Of a DNA stretch of 64,000 bases, positions 55,794 to 62,858 are shown in pieces. The notes beneath the pieces are model-generated. The model saw only the letters and a program-made list of their open reading frames with translations, ran no database searches and was not told where the DNA came from. The position numbers and the translations under genes are program-made. The stretch covers positions 11,091 to 75,090 of the forward strand of contig CADCGZ010000001.1 in the NCBI GenBank assembly GCA_902801025.1, written 5' to 3'. The number at the start of each line of letters is the position of its first letter. The stretch's first letter is position 1. This DNA is from an uncultured bacterium. GTDB taxonomy: Bacteria > Verrucomicrobiota > Kiritimatiellia > RFP12 > UBA1067.

Positions 55794-57607
55794 ATGGCTA
55801 CAGACTACGGTGATAAAAGCATAAAGACTCTCGATCCGGTGACGCACATCCGCCTGCGTCCCGGCATGTACGTCGGCGAACCCGGCACGGGCGCGATGTA
55901 CCATGACTGCATCTACATCCTGATGAAGGAAGTGATCGACAACGCGATCGACGCGGGCGAAGTGTCCGTGCGCGACTACGGGCGCGGCATTCCGCTTGGC
56001 AAGGTCGTCGACTGCGTCTCGCAGATGAATACCGGCGGCAAGTACGACAACGAGAACTACCAGTTCTCCGCCGGTATGAACGGCGTCGGCACGAAGGCCG
56101 TGAACGCGCTTTCCGAGTTCTTCGAGGTGCGCTCGTTCCGCGACGGCGAGTTCTCCGAGGCGTATTTCGAGGAAGGGCGACTAAAGTCCAAGAAGCGCGG
56201 CAAGCTCAAGACGAACGAGCATTCGGGAACGTACATCCGCTACAAGCCCGACCTCAAGGTTCTGAAGAAGTTCAAGGTGCGCGAGGAACACGTCCTCAGG
56301 CGCATGAAGATGTACTGCTACGTGAACGCGGGGCTGACGATAGTCCTGAACGGCCAGGAGATCTGCTCCGACCGCGGGCTTGCCGACCTCATCGCTGACG
56401 AGGCGCAGTTCGAGAAGCTCTACCAGCCGTTCCACGTGAAGACGAAGTCGCTCGAGATAATCTTCACGCACACCAACCGCTTCGGCGAGGAGTACCACAC
56501 GTTCGTGAACGGCCAGTACACGACCGACGGCGGCACGCACCTCACGGCGTTCAAGGAGGCGCTCACCAAGGCGCTCAACGACTACGACCCGAAGAAGAAG
56601 TTTGACGGCGACGACATCCGCGACGGTCTTCTCGGCGCGGTGTCGGTGAGGATCATGAACCCCGTCTTCGAGGGGCAGACGAAGATCAAGTTCGTGATGA
56701 ACGACATCAAGTCCGAGCTCGTCCAGCAGATGAAGAAGGAGATCGAGGCGGCGCTCCACCGCTCGCCCTCCGAAGCCGACAAGCTCATCTCCAAGGTCGA
56801 GGAGACGGGGAAGATACGCTCGCAGCTCAACACGATAAAGAAGCAGGCGCGCGAGAGGTCAAGCAGGCGCGCGAGAGGTCGCAGGCCGTCTCGGTGCGCG
56901 TTCCGCAGCTCAAGGACTGCAAGAACCACCTGAAGCTCGACAAGGTCGACAAGAAGACCGGGAAGGCCGAGGGCGAGGACACGATGATCTTCCTCACTGA
57001 GGGCCAGTCGGCGGGCGGCACGCTCGGCGGCGCGCGCGACGCGATGAACCAGGCGGTCTTCTTCCTGCGCGGCAAGTGCCTCAACACGTGCGGGCTCAAC
57101 AAGGACGTTCTCTACAAGAACGAGGAGTTTTTCAACCTCATCAAGACGCTCGACATCGAGGACACGCTCGAGCACCTTCGCTACGGGAAGATCATCTTCG
57201 CGACGGATGCCGATGTCGACGGACTCCACATCAGGATGCTCCTCACGACGTTCTTCATGCGCTTCTACCGCCAGCTCATCCTCGACGGGCGCGTCTTCAT
57301 CCTCGAAACGCCCCTCTTCCGCGTCAGGAACAAGAAGGAGCACTACTTCTGCTACACAGACGAGGAGCGCGAGGACGCGATAAAGAAGTGCGGGCGCGGC
57401 TGCGAGATCACGCGCTTCAAGGGACTTGGCGAGATCGACAAGGAGGACTTCAGGGGCTTCATCGGCGAGGAGATGCGCCTTACGCCCGTGACTTGCTCCG
57501 ACGACACAGACGTCGAGAAGACGATCAAGTTCTACATGGGCGCCAACACGCCCGAGCGCAAGGACTACATCATGGAGTCTCTCGTCTGCGACGCCGCCGA
57601 GTTCTGA
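55794..57607 (+). pseudogene. parE: type IIA topoisomerase subunit B (ParE/GyrB family, Bacteroidetes/PVC-type topo IV B-like) disrupted by a 20-bp tandem duplication
   Basis: The GHKL region (EVIDNAID, DYGRGIP, NTGGKYD, GMNGVGTKAVNALS) and transducer lie in frame 3 up to ~56880. Toprim (FLTEGQSAGG, ATDADVDGLHI) and the tail (RFKGLGEI) lie in frame 2 from 56894. Deleting one copy of 56841-56860 restores a single ~597-aa ORF that reads ..KKQARERSQAVSVRVPQLKDCKNH... Confidence 0.8.
56841..56880 (+). repeat. perfect 20-bp tandem duplication AAGCAGGCGCGCGAGAGGTC x2
   Basis: 56841-56860 is identical to 56861-56880. Twenty nt is +2 in reading frame, which is exactly the observed frame change. Confidence 0.97.
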
Positions 57608-57649
57608 TGCGGCGTTCCAAATTTCACCGCTCCACACGGAGTGATTTTG

Positions 57650-57658
57650 TGGTATAAT
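57650..57658 (+). promoter_or_regulatory. extended -10 promoter TGGTATAAT upstream of the low-GC orphan ORF
   Basis: TTGTGGTATAATAAC, 77 nt upstream of ATG 57735. Confidence 0.4.
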
Positions 57659-57734
57659 AACAATGTTCCATGCAGGGGATGTGGAATCGCACCCTATGCC
57701 CATAGCACGCCGTTGAAAAGAAAGGGGCTTTGAA

Positions 57735-57992
57735 ATGATGTACAAATTCATGGAATTGCCGGACAAGACGGAAATCACTCATTCCGACTTAAGAGATGAC
57801 GGAACCGTGAAGGTTTGCGTCGAACGTCCTATTGAGGGAGATTTTAAGACCGCGTATTGCACTATCCCCGGCTATGGGTGGTATGATGTCGAGGGATACT
57901 TGCCAGAAGAGCTTGCTGAGAATCGGAAAATCCTTGAATCCCTTTCGCATCTGATAGTCCGATTTGCTCGCAACGGAGGAGTGGCTTTTTGA
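57735..57992 (+). CDS. hypothetical small protein (85 aa) in a visibly AT-richer segment
   Basis: ATG preceded by AAAGGGG. The ORF has no long overlapping competitor. No family recognised. Confidence 0.5.
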   Translation: MMYKFMELPDKTEITHSDLRDDGTVKVCVERPIEGDFKTAYCTIPGYGWYDVEGYLPEELAENRKILESLSHLIVRFARNGGVAF

Positions 57993-58037
57993 TATAACGA
58001 TGCTGTTCCAATGACAACATTCTGTGGAGTGTGATCT

Positions 58038-58440
58038 TTGACATCGTTGGAGGTTCCCCAGTTTTTCGGGCATGAAAACGGCCACACCCCTGTAAACAAA
58101 GGGTGAAGTGGTGATTTTCATTTCGCGATAAGTGAAAACTCCTTTCCCGATTTTCTAAGCAACTCCGAGCGTTTGGGCTCCCGCTACCGCTCCGCAGCTT
58201 CGCGTCCCTCAACGACTGAATATGTGCAGGGTTAAGCGTTTGGGGATGCGACTGCGTCGCATAAATCGGCCGAGGGCCGCTATAAACACTATGAAAGGAG
58301 TCACTTGATCGTGGTTGAAAAGCGCGAAGCAGTGAAGCGGTAGCGGGAACCCTAACCATCGGAGTTTCTGAAATTCCGCGCGGGGTGTCGGAAAGGGGCG
58401 GCAGTACCTGCGAAAATTGGGGAACCTCCAATTGACATCG
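58038..58440. mobile_element. non-autonomous transposable element (MITE, 385 bp) with 19-bp terminal inverted repeats and a perfect 9-bp target-site duplication
   Basis: TSD TTGACATCG at 58038-58046 and 58432-58440. Left TIR TTGGAGGTTCCCCAGTTTT (58047-58065). The reverse complement of the right TIR (58413-58431) is TTGGAGGTTCCCCAATTTT, an 18/19 match. No transposase ORF lies inside. Confidence 0.75.
58161..58366. repeat. long-stem hairpin element, copy B (206 bp), nested inside the MITE
   Basis: Arms are ~90% identical to copy A (AACTCCGAGCGTTTGGGCTCCCGCTACCGCTCCGCAGCTTCGCG ... CGCGAAGCAGTGAAGCGGTAGCGGGAACCCTAACCATCGGAGTT). The interior holds TTTGGGG plus hairpins ATGCGACTGCGTCGCAT and CGGCCGAGGGCCG (58239-58279). 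Confidence 0.9.
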
Positions 58441-58481
58441 GCATTGCCACGAGGGGCGCGATTTGGTAGACTACGCGGAGA

Positions 58482-58570
<89 letters not shown>

Positions 58571-58593
58571 GACCTAAACTTCGCAAGTGTCTC

Positions 58594-58618
58594 GCGCAGA
58601 GGCGCAGAGAGCATAGAG
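58594..58618 (+). repeat. GCGCAGAG x2 plus a degenerate third unit directly upstream of rnc (CAGAG-orientation half element)
   Basis: GCGCAGAG GCGCAGAG AGCATAGAG. This is the reverse-complement orientation of the CTCTGCG array upstream of recA. Confidence 0.8.
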
Positions 58619-58624
58619 ACCATC

Positions 58625-59266
58625 ATGGAAATATTCGGGTACGCCTTCAAGAACGCCGCGCTTCTCGAAGAAGCGCTGACGACGCCGTCGTTCAAGATGA
58701 GCAGTCCGGATGCGGCCGACAACCAGCGGCTCGAATTCCTCGGCGACGCCGTTCTCGGCTTCATCGCGGCGGAGCGGCTCTACGGCTCCCTGCCCGACGC
58801 GCCGGAAGGCGTTCTCACCGTAAAGCGCACGCACATGGTCTCCTCTGCCGCGCTCTGCGAGGCGGCCGCGCGCCACGATCTCGCTCCTCGCCTCAGGCGC
58901 AACAAGGGCGCGGCGCCTCTCCCGGAAAACTCGAAGACTCTCGCCGACGCAGTTGAGGCCGTGATCGGCGCCGCATTCCTCGACGGCGGTCTCGACGCTG
59001 CGCGGACGATTTTCGACGCCTTGGATCTCGCCTCGATGGCCGACACTGCCGGTTTCAACCCCAAAGGCGACCTCCAGATCCGTGCGCAGGCCATGACTCC
59101 GCCGCGCCACCCCACCTACCAGCTCGTCAAGACCGAGGGCAGCGACCACGAGCCGGTCTTCACCGTGGAAGTCACCGTAGACGGTCTTGGAACCGCTTCC
59201 GCGTCGGCGCACAGCCACAAGGAAGCCGAGGCGCTTGCCGCCGCGAAACTCCTATCTATGGTATAA
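58625..59266 (+). CDS. rnc: ribonuclease III
   Basis: 213 aa. RNase III signature NQRLEFLGDAVL and ADAVEAVIGAAFLD. The C-terminal dsRBD-like segment ends KEAEALAAAKLL. Confidence 0.9.
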   Translation: MEIFGYAFKNAALLEEALTTPSFKMSSPDAADNQRLEFLGDAVLGFIAAERLYGSLPDAPEGVLTVKRTHMVSSAALCEAAARHDLAPRLRRNKGAAPLPENSKTLADAVEAVIGAAFLDGGLDAARTIFDALDLASMADTAGFNPKGDLQIRAQAMTPPRHPTYQLVKTEGSDHEPVFTVEVTVDGLGTASASAHSHKEAEALAAAKLLSMV

Positions 59267-59267
59267 T
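59259..59267 (+). promoter_or_regulatory. extended -10 promoter TGGTATAAT inside the rnc 3' end, 9 nt upstream of the tkt ATG
   Basis: TATGGTATAATATACCCCCTATG. The hexamer is at 59262-59267 and the ATG at 59277. Confidence 0.5.
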
Positions 59268-59276
59268 ATACCCCCT

Positions 59277-61214
59277 ATGAAACTCACCGAAGAAACATTC
59301 CGTCTCGTCGCCAACACCATCCGCTGCCTCTGCGCGGATATGGTTGAAAAGGCGAAATCAGGCCACCCCGGCGCCCCGATGGGCATGGCCGACCTCGCTT
59401 CAGTCCTCTGGCTCAAGCACCTCAATGTCGACCCCAAGGACCCCGAATGGGCCGGTCGCGACCGGCTCGTCTTCTCCGGCGGACACGCCTCTTCCCTTGT
59501 ATACGCTCTCTTCCACCTCTCCGGCATGGGCGGACTTAAGATGGAGGAGCTAATGGAGTTCCGCCAGTGGGGCAGCCGCTGCGCCGGCCACCCCGAGCGC
59601 GGCGTGACGCCCGGCGTCGAGGTGACGACGGGTCCGCTCGGCCAGGGCATCGCGATGGCCGTCGGTCTCGCGCTCGCTGCGAAGAAGAAGGGCGTCCAGA
59701 ACCGCACGTGGGTCTTCTGCGGCGATGGCGACCTCGAGGAGGGAATCTCCCACGAGGCGGCGAGCCTCGCGGGCGCTCTCAAGCTCGACAATCTCACGCT
59801 CATATACGACTCCAACCACATCACCATCGAGGGAGACACGGCCCTCGCGATGGCCGACGACGCCAAAAAGCGCTTCGAGAGCTACGGCTGGAAGGTCTTC
59901 GAGGTCGACGGTCACGATCCAGCCGCGATCGACCGCGTCCTCTCCCGCGCGAAGAAGGTCGCCGGACAGCCCTCGATAATCATCGCGTCCACGCATATCG
60001 GATGCGGAGCGCCGACGAAGCACGACACGGCAGACTGCCACGGGGCGCCGCTCGGCGCCGATGAGCTCGCGGCCACGAAGAAGGCGCTCGGCTTCGACCC
60101 TGAGAAGAGCTTCTACGTTCCGGAGGAAGTCTACTCCGTCTTCAAGTTCCGCACGACCCAGCAGCACCGTTTCGCCAAGAAGACGGCGAAACCCGCCGAG
60201 GAGACCGCCCCTGCGCCCACGCGCAAGGACCTCCTCAAGGCGCTGCCCGCGTTCGACCCAGCGAAGCCGGTCGCGACGCGCGCCGCCTGCGGCACGGTCA
60301 TGAACGCGCTTGCGCCGGTCTTCACCGGGCTTGTCGGCGGCTCGGCCGATCTCGCGCCGTCCAACAAGACCTACCTCAAGGGGCTCGGCGACGTCGGTCC
60401 CGGCTCATACGAGGGACGCAACATCCACTTCGGCATCCGCGAGCTCGCGATGACGGCGATCGTCAACGGCATCACTGCGTTCGGCCAGGGCCTGCGCGGC
60501 TACGGCGCGACGTTCTTCGTGTTCTCCGACTACTGCAAGCCGGCGATTCGCCTCGCGGCGCTCATGGAGCTCCCGTCGATCTTCGTCTTCTCCCACGACA
60601 GCTACTGTGTCGGAGAGGACGGCCCGACGCACGAGCCCGTTGAGCAGCTCGCGAGCCTCAGGTCCATGCCGAACGTCCGCACGTGGCGCCCGGCCGACGC
60701 GAACGAGACGGCATACGCGTGGGTCGAGATGCTTATGCGCACTGACGGCCCGAGCTGCATCTTGACGACGCGGCAGAACCTGCCGATCCTCGAGGGCGTG
60801 ACGCCCGATGGCGTCGCGAAGGGCGGCTATGTCGTATACCAGGCGGGCAGGCAGGACTCCGAGACGATTCTCTTCATCGCGACTGGATCCGAAGTCTCGA
60901 TCTGCATCGAGGCCGCGAAGCGCCTCGCGGCGGAAGGCCGCGGCGTGAGGGTCGCGAGCTTCCCGTGCATCGAACGCTTCTACCTCGAGACGACGCCGGA
61001 GTACCGCTGCGAGGTCATGCCGCAGGAGATGAAGCGCCGCGTGATCGTCGAGGCGGGCGTGAGGTACGGGCTTGACCGCTTCCGCCTCGACTTCCGCACT
61101 ACGGCGTTTGTGACGCTCGACCACTTCGGCGCGTCCGCGCCGTACCAGACGCTCTCCACCAAGTTCGGTTTCACGCCCGAGAACGTCTACAACGTCGCGA
61201 AGACCATAGTCTGA
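59277..61214 (+). CDS. tkt: transketolase
   Basis: The start is moved to ATG 59277 (MKLTEETFRLVANTIRCL..). The ORF-track start at 59187 would overlap rnc and adds an Arg/Pro-rich non-homologous leader. SGHPGAPMGMADLA, GPLGQGIAMAVG, GDGDLEEG and HDSYCVGEDGPTHEPVEQL are present. Confidence 0.95.
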   Translation: MKLTEETFRLVANTIRCLCADMVEKAKSGHPGAPMGMADLASVLWLKHLNVDPKDPEWAGRDRLVFSGGHASSLVYALFHLSGMGGLKMEELMEFRQWGSRCAGHPERGVTPGVEVTTGPLGQGIAMAVGLALAAKKKGVQNRTWVFCGDGDLEEGISHEAASLAGALKLDNLTLIYDSNHITIEGDTALAMADDAKKRFESYGWKVFEVDGHDPAAIDRVLSRAKKVAGQPSIIIASTHIGCGAPTKHDTADCHGAPLGADELAATKKALGFDPEKSFYVPEEVYSVFKFRTTQQHRFAKKTAKPAEETAPAPTRKDLLKALPAFDPAKPVATRAACGTVMNALAPVFTGLVGGSADLAPSNKTYLKGLGDVGPGSYEGRNIHFGIRELAMTAIVNGITAFGQGLRGYGATFFVFSDYCKPAIRLAALMELPSIFVFSHDSYCVGEDGPTHEPVEQLASLRSMPNVRTWRPADANETAYAWVEMLMRTDGPSCILTTRQNLPILEGVTPDGVAKGGYVVYQAGRQDSETILFIATGSEVSICIEAAKRLAAEGRGVRVASFPCIERFYLETTPEYRCEVMPQEMKRRVIVEAGVRYGLDRFRLDFRTTAFVTLDHFGASAPYQTLSTKFGFTPENVYNVAKTIV

Positions 61215-61227
61215 AAAGGGGAAGCCG

Positions 61228-62808
61228 ATGTCCGCTCCGAAGACACTGAGAAATGTGTTTACTGTCGGGGCGTTCACGATGCTCTCGCGCGTGCTCGGGC
61301 TCGTCCGCGAGGTGCTGCAGGCGTGCCTGATAGGCGCCGGCGTGGCGCAGAGCGCGTTCGCCCTCGCGTTTGCGGTTCCGAACATGGCACGCAAGCTCTT
61401 CGGAGAGGGTGCGCTCACCGCCGCGTTCGTGCCTGTCTTCAAGGGGGAGGTAGAGACGGTCGGGCTCGAAAAGGCGGAACGTCTCGCGCGCATCGTCATG
61501 ACGATGGTGCTTGCCGTTCTCGCTTGCGCCGTTGCCGTCGCGCTCGCGGCGCTCGTCGCGGCCGATGGACTGCTCACCGGATGGCGGGCGTTCGTCGGCG
61601 ACGACCGGCGATGCCTCGTCATCTCCCTCGTGATCATTCTCGTCCCGTACATGATCGCGATATGCGGTGCGGCGTTCGGAATGGGCGTCCTGAACGCGCT
61701 CGGCAGATTCAAGGCTTCGAGCTTCATGCCCGCGTTCCTGAATCTTTTCTGGATAGCCGCGCTCGTCGCGCTTGTTCCGTTTCCGGCTCTTCCCGTCGCA
61801 GTTCGCGTGCGCATCGTGGCCGGCGCGATTCTCGTGGCCGGCTTCGCGCAGACGGCGTTCATGTTCCGCTGCATGTCCCGCGCAGGCGTGAGTCCGCGCC
61901 CGCTATTCTCGGGCTGGGGCTCGGAGAAGGTGCGGCTCGTCTGGCGGAATCTCGGCATCGCGGCGCTTGGCGCCGGGGCGGTGCAGGTGAACTATATGCT
62001 CGACCAGGTCCTCGGACAGATAGCGAGTCCGTGGGCGGCCGGTGTGATCGGCTACGCGGAGCGGCTTATGGACCTTCCGCTCGGAGTGATCGGCGTCGCT
62101 TTCGGAACCGTGCTTCTGCCGACGTTCGCGGGACTCTTCGCGAAAGGCGACGTCGAAGGCGCGAGGGAGGCGCTTTCGTCTTCCGTCCGCTCGCTGATGT
62201 TCGTGATGCTCCCCTCGGCGGCCGGACTCCTCGTGCTTGCGCCCGAGATAACGCGCGTAGTCTACGAGCGCGGCGAATTCGACGCGCTCGCGACTGTGCG
62301 CGTGTCGCGCGCGCTCGCGGTCTATGCGGCAGGGCTCGGCCTCTTCGGCTTCCAGAAGACGCTTGTTCCGTGGTTTCATGCGCAGAACGACATGAAGACG
62401 CCTCTCAGGGTCTCCGTGCTGACTGTGGCCGTGAACGCGGTTCTCAACATTCTCGCCGTGTGGCTCCTCCCTGTCGAGTGGCGGCACGTCGGGCTCGCGC
62501 TCTCGACGGTATTGTGCGCCGCGATCGGGTGCGCCCTGCTCGTCGCCATCGCGCGGCGGCGCAACGGCTCGCTTGGTTTGCGCAAGACCTTTGGCGTGCT
62601 CGGCGCGCCCGGTCCGCTTCTGAAGATGCTCGCGGCCTCGATCCTCATGGGATTTGCCGTCGCCGCGGCCAAGCCGCTTGTCGCCAATGGCCCCGCGCTT
62701 ATTGCCCTTGTGGCGCTTATCGCGCTTGGTGCCGTCGTCTACGGCGTTCTCTCGCTCCTTTTCATGCGCGGCCAGGTCCGCGAGCTCCTCCGCCGCAGAA
62801 GGCGGTAG
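61228..62808 (+). CDS. murJ: lipid II flippase MurJ (MviN family)
   Basis: 526 aa polytopic membrane protein. The N-terminus TMLSRVLGLVREVLQACLIGAGVAQSAFALAFAVPNMARKLFGEGALTAAFVPVF matches the MurJ signature. Confidence 0.9.
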   Translation: MSAPKTLRNVFTVGAFTMLSRVLGLVREVLQACLIGAGVAQSAFALAFAVPNMARKLFGEGALTAAFVPVFKGEVETVGLEKAERLARIVMTMVLAVLACAVAVALAALVAADGLLTGWRAFVGDDRRCLVISLVIILVPYMIAICGAAFGMGVLNALGRFKASSFMPAFLNLFWIAALVALVPFPALPVAVRVRIVAGAILVAGFAQTAFMFRCMSRAGVSPRPLFSGWGSEKVRLVWRNLGIAALGAGAVQVNYMLDQVLGQIASPWAAGVIGYAERLMDLPLGVIGVAFGTVLLPTFAGLFAKGDVEGAREALSSSVRSLMFVMLPSAAGLLVLAPEITRVVYERGEFDALATVRVSRALAVYAAGLGLFGFQKTLVPWFHAQNDMKTPLRVSVLTVAVNAVLNILAVWLLPVEWRHVGLALSTVLCAAIGCALLVAIARRRNGSLGLRKTFGVLGAPGPLLKMLAASILMGFAVAAAKPLVANGPALIALVALIALGAVVYGVLSLLFMRGQVRELLRRRRR

Positions 62809-62858
62809 GGCCACGATTTCGCTTGCGCTTCAGACGTAGAATGTAGTATACTAATGTC

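Noticed and set aside
56841-56880. Programmed ribosomal frameshift in the parE-like gene
   Set aside because: The frame change equals the length (20 nt, +2) of a perfect tandem duplication, and no slippery heptamer is present. A mutation or assembly artefact explains it fully.
57663-57719. 18-codon ORF (MFHAGDVESHPMPIARR) starting 4 nt after the TGGTATAAT box
   Set aside because: It is too short and featureless to support. I mention it only as a possible leaderless micro-ORF.
59187-59276. ORF-track start at 59187 for tkt
   Set aside because: The extra 30 codons overlap rnc and encode an Arg/Pro-rich non-homologous peptide. Transketolase homology starts at ATG 59277.
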